From Vulcanimicrobiota bacterium (lineage in GTDB: Bacteria; Vulcanimicrobiota; Vulcanimicrobiia; Vulcanimicrobiales; Vulcanimicrobiaceae): a stretch of DNA of 64,000 bases. Of this stretch, positions 30,646 to 38,943 are shown piece by piece (position 1 is the stretch's first letter; each line of letters begins with the position of its first letter). The notes under the pieces were generated by a model that saw only the letters and a program-made list of their open reading frames with translations, searched no databases and was not told where the DNA came from. Location of the stretch: NCBI GenBank assembly GCA_963695225.1, contig OY968762.1, positions 2,720,001 to 2,784,000 of the forward strand, written 5' to 3'. The position numbers and the translations under genes were made by a program.

Positions 30646-30709
30646 CTCACCGAATGTGATTTAGAAGACACTTCGGACTACGTCCGCCCCCGTCAAACCA
30701 AGAGGTGCT

Positions 30710-31204
30710 ATGTCGCGTTCCCGTCTGGTGGGCGTTATTGCGCTCACCCTAGTTCTCTGTTGCTCCGCACTCGCCGCCGAGGCGAAACCGGCCGTCGATC
30801 TCCACTTGCAAGGGGTCCTGGTCGAACGAACGGCAGCCGGCGTGGAGAAGACCACGCCCGTCGAGGGGGTGGCGCTCAAGCCGGGTGAGACGGTGCGCTA
30901 CACGATCGTGGCGACGAATCACGGCACCGATGCCGCAATCGGCTTCAAGCCGGTTGCCAAGGTCCCCACGGGGACCGTCTACGAGCCTGCCGGCCTGGCC
31001 GAGAGCTGCGCCGCCGGGCACGAGTTCTCGCTCGACGGCGGCCAAACGTGGTCGGCGAGCCCGAAGGTCAAGGTCCAAACGCCGGCCGGCATCGTCGAGA
31101 AGCCCGCCGCTCCGCAAACGTATACCGCGCTTCGCTGGATCGCAGCTAAGCCGCTCGCTCCGAAGTCTTCCTGCACCTACACCTATCAGGTTCGCGTCAA
31201 GTGA
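30710..31204 (+). CDS. Secreted single DUF11-like Ig domain protein (putative pilus chaperone/cap)
   Basis: Sec signal (…SALA); LKPGETVRYTIVATNHG..VPTGTVY; FSLDGGQTWS; ends YTYQVRVK; AGAGG RBS. Confidence 0.8.
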   Translation: MSRSRLVGVIALTLVLCCSALAAEAKPAVDLHLQGVLVERTAAGVEKTTPVEGVALKPGETVRYTIVATNHGTDAAIGFKPVAKVPTGTVYEPAGLAESCAAGHEFSLDGGQTWSASPKVKVQTPAGIVEKPAAPQTYTALRWIAAKPLAPKSSCTYTYQVRVK

Positions 31205-31254
31205 GCCTGACTTTTTCGCTTGCCCCGCGCACGCATACGGAGGAACCCCTTACC

Positions 31255-33489
31255 ATGGAACGTTCGCTGAAGCGGACGTTGCTGCGCCTTTCGGCGACCG
31301 CCGCGATCGTCACCGGTCTCGTTTTGCAGCAGAGCGCCGGTATCGCGCTTGCGGCCGGAACGACCGCCGGCACCGTGATCCAGAATACGGCGACCGCGAC
31401 GTATCAGGACGGTAACAGCAACACCTACACGACGAACTCGAACACGGTCCAGACGACCGTCCAAAACGTCCCGTCGCTGACGGTCACGCCTGCAGCGGGT
31501 TCGTCGTACGCGCCCGGAGCGCAAGTCACCGATACCTTCACGCTGACGAACACCGGCAACAACAGCGGTACGTTTACCGTCAGCGCGATCACGCCGCCCG
31601 CAGGTGCGACCGGCGTTTCGTATTTCATCGGAGCGACCCCGTACCCCGATCTCGCGACGCTGCAGACGTACTTGACCGCCACTCCCGTAGCGGCGGGGAA
31701 CACCGTCACGATCGGCGTGAAGTACACCGTCGCAACCTCGGCCACGCCGGGGACGGCGCTGCCGACGCTCCTGACGGCGACGATCACGCTCCCGCTCACG
31801 GGCGGCGCACCTGCGGCGACGTCGGGCGCGCAAAGCGGCACGGAGAACGACTCGGTCGTCGCCGACGCGCGCGTCGACCTGCAGAAGACGGGCTTGCAGC
31901 CCGGTGCCGGCGGGAACCCGTCCGGGACGAACATCTACTACTCGATCGCCGCGAATAACGGCGGCGGCGCCGACGCGAAAGACCTCGCATCGGTCAAGAC
32001 GCTGCTCGGCGTCGCAAACCCCGGTATCTTCATCTCCGACCTCATCCCGACGTTCGGCGGCACGCCGGTCACGATCAACAACATCGCCGTCGTAACGAGT
32101 GCGGCGAACGGCTACGAAGGTACGACGGTTCAGATCTACACGTCGCTCACCGGCGCCGCCGGAGCTTGGACGCTCTACACCGGTTCCGGAAACGCGCCCG
32201 CGAATTCGAAGTACGTCGGCGTCTACATCACCGGCGGCACGAACGGCAACGAACTCGCTTCCAAGCCCGGCGGATCGAGCAACGGCGTCGTAACGGCTCC
32301 GGCCGTCACGCTCTCGTTCCAAGCGGTCCCGCCGAGCGGCACCGGCTCGGGGAACCCCAACGCTTTGCTCAACGCCGCGACCGCGGTCGCCGGCGGCAAT
32401 CAAGGCGCCCCCGCCGCCGTCGGCGCGAACGTCATCGGCCCGGGCATCGCGGCGAACACCGCGGACTCGTTCGCGGCGATCACCAGCGCCGGCCAAGGCA
32501 TCAACTACCCGACGCAGGCCGCGCCGGGTGCGGCTCCCGCCGGCACGACGGGCGCATCGAACACCGTCGGCAACAACAGCCCGGTCGCAGCGGGCGTGCT
32601 GAACGGCCCCTACAACAATGCCGGCGCGACCGGTTCGTACAACGGCGTCGCCGCGAATAACAACAGCGACGACTTCACGGCGGTCTCGTTCATCCCGGCC
32701 GGTTTCACGGCGATCAACTCCGGGACTACGCTCGGAACGCCGGTCGGCAATACGCTCGGAACGGCGACGACCGTCAACGTCAACGGCACGTTCCAGAACA
32801 CCGGCAACGCCGCCGCGAACGTGGTGATCTCGGTTGCCGCACCCGCCGGTTGGACTGCGCAAATCTTCGCAGCGGACGGATCCGGGAATCCGACGGGCGG
32901 GACGCTCTCGGGCGCCGCTTCGAATACGCCGAGCGCGACGTTCTCGAACGTTGCGTCGAACGCGACGGGGAGCTACGTCGTCACCTACACCGCCCCCGTC
33001 GGCACGCAGGCGTTCAAGGTGAACGACTCCGTCGTCACCGCGACGCTCGGCGCCGCCACGAACACGACGCACCACGAACTCGTGCTCGGCGGACCGGTCT
33101 ACATGACCAAGACGCAAGCGTTCGACGGCGCGACCTGCCCCGGCGGCCTTGCGGTACCGGGTTGCAAGATCACCTACACGCTCAACTACCAGAACAACGC
33201 CGTCTCCGCATGCACGACCCCGGCGGCATTGAGTTCGGTACCGGCGTCGGTGAACGGTTTCGTCACCAAGGCGGGAACGCTCGTCATCACCGAAGACGGA
33301 ACTGCCGCGCCGAACAACTGGGCCACCTACACCAACGGCCTCTTCGCCGCCGCGACGGACAATACGTCGAACACCTACACCACGAATACGGTGGGTTCGT
33401 CGAAGTTCACGTCGACGGTCGGCGGCGCTGCCGGCGTCCTGAACCCCGGCTGCTCGGGCGCGATCACGTTCAGCGTGGTCGTCAAGTAG
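31255..33489 (+). CDS. Secreted multi-Ig DUF11 protein (putative major pilin)
   Basis: GGAGGA RBS; signal ending ALA; mature N-terminus AGTTAGTVIQNTATATYQD; internal LQKT..ISDLIP..LLNAATAV; C-terminal MTKT..PGCKITYTLNYQN..ITEDG..ITFSVVVK. Confidence 0.85.
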   Translation: MERSLKRTLLRLSATAAIVTGLVLQQSAGIALAAGTTAGTVIQNTATATYQDGNSNTYTTNSNTVQTTVQNVPSLTVTPAAGSSYAPGAQVTDTFTLTNTGNNSGTFTVSAITPPAGATGVSYFIGATPYPDLATLQTYLTATPVAAGNTVTIGVKYTVATSATPGTALPTLLTATITLPLTGGAPAATSGAQSGTENDSVVADARVDLQKTGLQPGAGGNPSGTNIYYSIAANNGGGADAKDLASVKTLLGVANPGIFISDLIPTFGGTPVTINNIAVVTSAANGYEGTTVQIYTSLTGAAGAWTLYTGSGNAPANSKYVGVYITGGTNGNELASKPGGSSNGVVTAPAVTLSFQAVPPSGTGSGNPNALLNAATAVAGGNQGAPAAVGANVIGPGIAANTADSFAAITSAGQGINYPTQAAPGAAPAGTTGASNTVGNNSPVAAGVLNGPYNNAGATGSYNGVAANNNSDDFTAVSFIPAGFTAINSGTTLGTPVGNTLGTATTVNVNGTFQNTGNAAANVVISVAAPAGWTAQIFAADGSGNPTGGTLSGAASNTPSATFSNVASNATGSYVVTYTAPVGTQAFKVNDSVVTATLGAATNTTHHELVLGGPVYMTKTQAFDGATCPGGLAVPGCKITYTLNYQNNAVSACTTPAALSSVPASVNGFVTKAGTLVITEDGTAAPNNWATYTNGLFAAATDNTSNTYTTNTVGSSKFTSTVGGAAGVLNPGCSGAITFSVVVK

Positions 33490-33493
33490 GCCC

Positions 33494-35650
33494 GTGCGCT
33501 ACTCTGCGTACCTGCGGTGGCTGCTCGTCGCCGCGATCGTCCTGGCGATCGCGTTGGCGGCCCACCCGGCCGTGGCCGGAACCGCCGCGGGTACGCAGAT
33601 TCAAAACGTCGTCACCGCGACGTATCAAGACGGCGGCGGCCGTGACTTCGCGAGCGTTTCGAACACGCTCTCGGTCACGGTCGCGGCCGTTTCCAGCCTG
33701 ATCCTGACTCCGAAAGAGAACGGTTGCGATCCAGCGACCGACAGCTACGCCGTGGGAAACCCGGTCACGAAGACGTTCACGATCCTGAACTCGTCGAACG
33801 TCGCCGATGCGTACACGATCGCCTCGGCGCAGACGACCGCCGGGACGGTCACGAGCCTCGCCTTCTTCACGTCCGGCGGAACCACGCCCGCCGTCGCCGG
33901 TTCGACGGTTTCCCCGACCGTGCCGCCGGGCGGCACGCTCGGCGTCCGCGTCGTCGTCAGCGCGCCGAACGTCGCGGCCGGCGGCAAGTTTTCCGTCTCG
34001 CTCGCCGTGCAGACGACTGTCACGGGAACCGCGAACGGCCTCCAGACCGATTCAGCCGCGCAGTGCGCGGTTGCAGGGCTTGCGGCGGCGATCGCCGGGC
34101 CGCAAGGCCCCGGTACGCTCGTCGACAAGCGCGTCGACGGCACGACCTTCGTGCAGTCCGCACCCGGCTCGACCGTCACGTACTCGCTCGCGTTCAAGAA
34201 CACGGGCGAGGTTCCGGCGCTCAACGCGGTCCTGAACGACCCGCTCCCGGCCGGCATCCTTCCCGATCTCTCCTCGGTCCAATTGAACGGCAAGCCCGTC
34301 CCGGCGACGCTCGCCGGCCAAGTCCTGAAGGTTCCGGTCGGAACGCTGGCGCCGGGCGTGCAACAGGTCGTTTCCTTTGCGGCGACGGTCGGCGGCGTCG
34401 GCGTCGCCGCGAGCATCGTCAACGTCGCTTCGGTCGCCGCCGACAACGCGGCCGCCGTCAGCTCCGAGCCGGCAGCCGTCTGGCCGGGGAACGTCAACGT
34501 CGTCTTCGACGGATACGGCGGCGCCGCGCAAACCTTGCCGAACGCGACGCTCACGCTCGTCGGCGCGTCGAACCCGCCGGGGACCTCGTTCCCCGCCTCG
34601 ACGGCGCTATCGAACCCGCCGGCCGTAAGTCCGGTCGTCTCCGGCTCCGGCGGCACGTACGATTTCACGCTCGCGCCGAGCCAAATCGGGTCGGCGAGCT
34701 CGCCCGCGTACTACACGCTGACCGTTACGGCTCCCGGCTATGTGAACCGCTCGATCGGCGTCACGCTGACGCCGGACGCGAGCGGCCTGCTCTACTCCGC
34801 GACGCTCGCGGCGCTCGACGCGCAACCGCTGGCCGTCCCGGGCGGCTTCGCGCTCACGCCGGGGCCGGTCACGCTCGCGAACGTCGCGGGGATCTTCGGG
34901 AACATCCCGCTCTTCCAGAAATCCGTCGTCCAGATCTCCAAGAGCGTCGACCGCCAAGTCGCGGCGGCGGGCGACCGGCTCGTGTGGACGTTGCAGTACT
35001 CGAATTCCGCGCCGGGCCCGCTCGGCCTCACGAAGGTCGTCGACAACCTGCCCGCGGGGATCGTCTACGCGCCCGGAACCGGGCGCCTCGACGGCCAGCC
35101 GCTCGAGCCGGCGCAAACCGGGCGGCTCCTCGAGTGGTCGTTTCCCACGCTCGATACGAAGCCGCACACGATCGTCTTCGCCACGGTGCTGATGCCGGGC
35201 GTCTCCGAGGGATCGCTGTTGACGAACACCGCGTCGATCGCGGCCGTCGTCCCCGGCGCGCAAGGCGCGACGGCGAGCGCGAGCGCGCAGGCCGACGTGC
35301 GGATCATCGCCGGCATCTATTCGTCCTGCACGACGCTCGTCGGGCGCGTCTACCGCGACACGCAGAAGACCGGACATTTCGAGCGCGGCGATCGCGGCAT
35401 CCCGGACGTGCGCATCTTCCTCGAGAGCGGCGAGTCGGTGACGACCGATCCCGACGGCCGCTTCTCGTTCGCGTGCGTCCGCGAGGGCATGCACGTCGCG
35501 CGCCTCGATCCGACGACGTTGCCGCCGAACGCGCGCCCCTACGCGGACCGCCGCTACGACAGCGAACGGAGCATCCGCCGCCTCGTGCACGGGATCTTCG
35601 ATGCGATGACCGTCGAAGACCTGAACTTCGCGATCGAGGACGCGCGATGA
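33494..35650 (+). CDS. Secreted DUF11-repeat protein with C-terminal SdrD-B-like domain (putative base adaptor)
   Basis: Signal; AGTAAGTQIQNVVTATYQD; two complete DUF11 repeats (VDK..NDPLP..IVNVASV; ISKSVD..VDNLP..LTNTASI); C-terminal GRVYRD...GIPDVRIFLE.G..VTTD.DGRFSF. Confidence 0.85.
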   Translation: MRYSAYLRWLLVAAIVLAIALAAHPAVAGTAAGTQIQNVVTATYQDGGGRDFASVSNTLSVTVAAVSSLILTPKENGCDPATDSYAVGNPVTKTFTILNSSNVADAYTIASAQTTAGTVTSLAFFTSGGTTPAVAGSTVSPTVPPGGTLGVRVVVSAPNVAAGGKFSVSLAVQTTVTGTANGLQTDSAAQCAVAGLAAAIAGPQGPGTLVDKRVDGTTFVQSAPGSTVTYSLAFKNTGEVPALNAVLNDPLPAGILPDLSSVQLNGKPVPATLAGQVLKVPVGTLAPGVQQVVSFAATVGGVGVAASIVNVASVAADNAAAVSSEPAAVWPGNVNVVFDGYGGAAQTLPNATLTLVGASNPPGTSFPASTALSNPPAVSPVVSGSGGTYDFTLAPSQIGSASSPAYYTLTVTAPGYVNRSIGVTLTPDASGLLYSATLAALDAQPLAVPGGFALTPGPVTLANVAGIFGNIPLFQKSVVQISKSVDRQVAAAGDRLVWTLQYSNSAPGPLGLTKVVDNLPAGIVYAPGTGRLDGQPLEPAQTGRLLEWSFPTLDTKPHTIVFATVLMPGVSEGSLLTNTASIAAVVPGAQGATASASAQADVRIIAGIYSSCTTLVGRVYRDTQKTGHFERGDRGIPDVRIFLESGESVTTDPDGRFSFACVREGMHVARLDPTTLPPNARPYADRRYDSERSIRRLVHGIFDAMTVEDLNFAIEDAR

Positions 35651-38600
35651 ACGCGCCGTTCCGTCGCTTCCTCGCGGCGGCGTGCTGTCTTGCGTTTTCG
35701 ATCGCGCCCGCGTTCGCAGCGGGCAGCTCCGAACCGGTCTACGGCGACCTCACGCACTTGACGTTCACCGCGACGGAACCGCTGCACGCAAGCTTCGTTT
35801 CGCCGCTCCCGCAGAGCGCTTCGCACGGCTCCGCGACTGCCGTCGAAGTCGCGACGGGCCTCGGCGGCGGCGTCGAATTGCGCGTCGGCGGCGAGCTCGT
35901 GCCGTTCGAGAAGATCGGCCGGCGCGTCGTCGACGAGAAGGCCGGCGAGACGCGCTACACCTACTTCGGCGTTCCGTTGCAGCCCGGTCCGAATACGTTG
36001 ACGGCGACGCCGCTCGGAGCGAACGGCGCGCGCGGCGCGACCGTTTCGCTCGGCGTCTACGGCCCCGGCCGGCCGATCCGCTTCGAGGTCACGATCGACG
36101 GCACGCTCGCGGCCGACGGCCGCACGGCGTGCAACCTGCACGTCTCCGGGTTCGATCGCTGGAATCACGCCGCGCTCCCCGGATCGACCGTGCGCGTCAC
36201 GATCGCGGAAGGCGACGCGCACTTCAACGCAGTCCTGCACGCACGCCGGGATGCGGCGGCCGTCCCCGATAGCCGGCCCTCCGACGAGCCGCGCGCGACG
36301 ACGGACACGTTCGCGGCCGAACAATCGCTCGAGCTCGCGCTCGACGACGGCGGCGCGATCGTCATCCCCGTGGTCCCGGGCTTGCGTTCGGGGACGCTGC
36401 GCATCCGCGCGAGCGCGGCGGGCGATGCGGCCGGCGAAGGGACGTTCTTCGTTCGCCCGAGCCTGCGCGAACCGATCGTCGCCGGGCTCGTCACGGCGGG
36501 CGTCGGGCAAGTGCCGGGGAATCCGTCGGAAGATCCGGGCGCGCCGAACGGCGCGAACTCGCACAAGGGGCGCGTCGCGCTCTACGCTTCGGGCGAAGTC
36601 GCTCGCAACACGCTCGGCACGCTCGCCTACGATACGGCCGACGTCCTGCACAGTTCGACCGTGACGGGCCCGTTCGTCGCGGATCCGAACGATCGCACGT
36701 ACTCGACCTACGGCGATTCGAGCATCCGGCGCGACGACGCGCTCTCGCGCGATCACCTGTACCTGCGGCTCGACAACGAGCAGAACAGCGCGCTGTGGGG
36801 CGAGTTCCAAGCGCAGACCGGCGGACGCGACGGCCTCGGCGGATTCAACCTGCTCGTCGCGGGCGCGAAGGTCGATCTCGCTTCGAAGACGTCGAAGCTG
36901 ACGGTCTTCAACGCGCGCAACGACGTCGCGTACGCTCGGCAGATCTTCGCGCCGCAAGGGCTCTCGACGCTCCCGCAGCTCCTGCATCCTTCGATCGTCG
37001 TGGGCTCGGAGACGATCGTTCTCGTCGCGCTCGACCGCCATACGGGGCTGATCGTCAGCCAGACGACGCTGACGCGCGACGTCGATTACACGCTCGATTA
37101 CTCGACGGGGTTCCTGCGCTTCGTCAACATCCCGCTCCCCTTCGACGATCGCTTCAACCCGCAGCAGATCCTCGTGCAATACGAATACGACGGCTCCGGC
37201 GTCGACGCGCAGACGACCGGCGGGCGCTTCGAAGTCGGGCTCGGCGCGGCGCAGAAGACGCGCTTCGGCATGGGCTACGTAGACGACGCGACCGGAGCCG
37301 GCAACTTTGCGCTCTTCGGGCAAGATCTCAGCGGCGCGCTCCCCGGCGGAACGTGGTCGATCGGGCACCTTGCGAGCAGCGGCGTCGTCGCGGGAACCTC
37401 CACCGCGCTGATCTCGCCGAGTTCGAGCGGCGACGCGTATCGCGCCGCGCTCTCGCAGACGAGCGGGCCGAACCAAATCGCGCTCGGCTTCGAATGGTCG
37501 ACCCCCGGCTTCTCGAATCCGTTCGGCGGTCTCTCGACGCCGGGACTCCTCGATTATCACGCCTCGCTCGCGCATAAGTTCGAGCGGCGCGGCGCCGAAC
37601 TCACGCTCTCTTTCGACCACGAGCAGAATACGCTGCCCGGGTACGCAAACTCCGAATCGAACCTGGCGCTCAAACTCCGCGAGTCGCTCACGAAGCGTTT
37701 CAGCTTCACGGCCGGAGTGCAAACGCATCAGGGCCCGCTCGACGGCGTCAACGCGTTGCCGATTGCGACCGCGACGCCGGCGCCGGCGGCCGTGCCGGCG
37801 ACGGGGACGACGATGCAAGCGCAGCTCGGCTTCGATTGGAAAGTGTTCCCGAACGCGGGACTCTCCGTGAACCGTACGAGCGATATCGGCGGCGCCGCCA
37901 GCGCGTCGCAGCCGGGGCAGACCTCGGCGCAATTCAATTTCGATTTCCCGAAGAAGGGCCGCTTCTTCGTGCGCGAGCTGTGGTCGGACGCGCCGACCCA
38001 GAGCTTCGCGGCCTCGACCTCCGCGCTCACGACGACGGCGCTCGCGACGCGCTCGACGGCCTTCGGTTTCGAACGGCTCGTCGGACGGGCGACGACGCTC
38101 GATTCCGAATACGTCGTCGAGCAGACGGGGAGCGGGAACGACATCTACTCGGCGATGGGGATCAAGCAGCGCTTCGAGTTCAGCGAGCGCATCAAGGGCG
38201 ACGCGTTCGTGCAGCACGCTTCGGCGACGGGCGCGAACCTTTCGGGCTTCGACGTCTACGGCGTCTCCGCGACGTACGCGAACGGCTCGCGCGTGCGCGG
38301 GACGACGTCCTATCAGATTCGCACCGGCGATACGCCCGGATCGACGTGGGCGCTCGCGCTGGCCGGCGGGCTCACGCCGGATCTCTCGATTCAAGCGACC
38401 GTGAACAACTCGCGCACCGGCGGAACCGCCTTCGACGACGCGCGGATCGGCCTCGCTTGGCGTCCTTCGCACAACGATCGCGGCGTCACGCTGCTCGAAT
38501 ACGAACGGCAGGACGGTACGCTCGTGCCGCTCGCGACGCACGCCGAGATCCTCTCGCTCGAGCAGCTCTACCGGCCCACGCACCGGCTCGAAATCGCCGG

Positions 38601-38943
38601 CCGGTATGCCTACAAACTCGACGGCGATTCGTACTATCCCGCCGAGAGCTCGCTTGCGGCGCTCCGCGTGCGGCAAAAGATCGGCGCGCGTTTGGACGTC
38701 GGCGTAGAGACGAGCTACGCCGACGTCAAGCACGTCCCGAACGCGAGCCAAGCGGGATTCGCCCTGGAGAGCGGCTACAGCCTCGGCGACGCGATGCGCC
38801 TCGCCGCCGGGTACAACTTCTCCGGATCGCCCGATCCTTCGCTCGCGGCTGCGCCGACGCGGCGCGGCCTCTACCTGACGGCGACGAGCGTCGTCGATCA
38901 GCTCTTCGGCTGGGGCAAGGGCGCGAGCTGGGGCGCGAAGTGA
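35647..38943 (+). CDS. Large outer-membrane beta-barrel protein with N-terminal Ig-like domains (putative secretion pore)
   Basis: ATGA-coupled start; signal ending AFA; ~800 C-terminal aa of alternating amphipathic strands rich in Y/F/G; ends LAAGYNFSG...GLYLTATS. Confidence 0.75.
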   Translation: MNAPFRRFLAAACCLAFSIAPAFAAGSSEPVYGDLTHLTFTATEPLHASFVSPLPQSASHGSATAVEVATGLGGGVELRVGGELVPFEKIGRRVVDEKAGETRYTYFGVPLQPGPNTLTATPLGANGARGATVSLGVYGPGRPIRFEVTIDGTLAADGRTACNLHVSGFDRWNHAALPGSTVRVTIAEGDAHFNAVLHARRDAAAVPDSRPSDEPRATTDTFAAEQSLELALDDGGAIVIPVVPGLRSGTLRIRASAAGDAAGEGTFFVRPSLREPIVAGLVTAGVGQVPGNPSEDPGAPNGANSHKGRVALYASGEVARNTLGTLAYDTADVLHSSTVTGPFVADPNDRTYSTYGDSSIRRDDALSRDHLYLRLDNEQNSALWGEFQAQTGGRDGLGGFNLLVAGAKVDLASKTSKLTVFNARNDVAYARQIFAPQGLSTLPQLLHPSIVVGSETIVLVALDRHTGLIVSQTTLTRDVDYTLDYSTGFLRFVNIPLPFDDRFNPQQILVQYEYDGSGVDAQTTGGRFEVGLGAAQKTRFGMGYVDDATGAGNFALFGQDLSGALPGGTWSIGHLASSGVVAGTSTALISPSSSGDAYRAALSQTSGPNQIALGFEWSTPGFSNPFGGLSTPGLLDYHASLAHKFERRGAELTLSFDHEQNTLPGYANSESNLALKLRESLTKRFSFTAGVQTHQGPLDGVNALPIATATPAPAAVPATGTTMQAQLGFDWKVFPNAGLSVNRTSDIGGAASASQPGQTSAQFNFDFPKKGRFFVRELWSDAPTQSFAASTSALTTTALATRSTAFGFERLVGRATTLDSEYVVEQTGSGNDIYSAMGIKQRFEFSERIKGDAFVQHASATGANLSGFDVYGVSATYANGSRVRGTTSYQIRTGDTPGSTWALALAGGLTPDLSIQATVNNSRTGGTAFDDARIGLAWRPSHNDRGVTLLEYERQDGTLVPLATHAEILSLEQLYRPTHRLEIAGRYAYKLDGDSYYPAESSLAALRVRQKIGARLDVGVETSYADVKHVPNASQAGFALESGYSLGDAMRLAAGYNFSGSPDPSLAAAPTRRGLYLTATSVVDQLFGWGKGASWGAK

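Noticed and set aside
33724..35646. 1739-aa ORF as one giant protein
   Set aside because: The upstream part is an Arg-rich off-frame shadow of gene 33494; the real start is ATG 35647, followed by a signal peptide.
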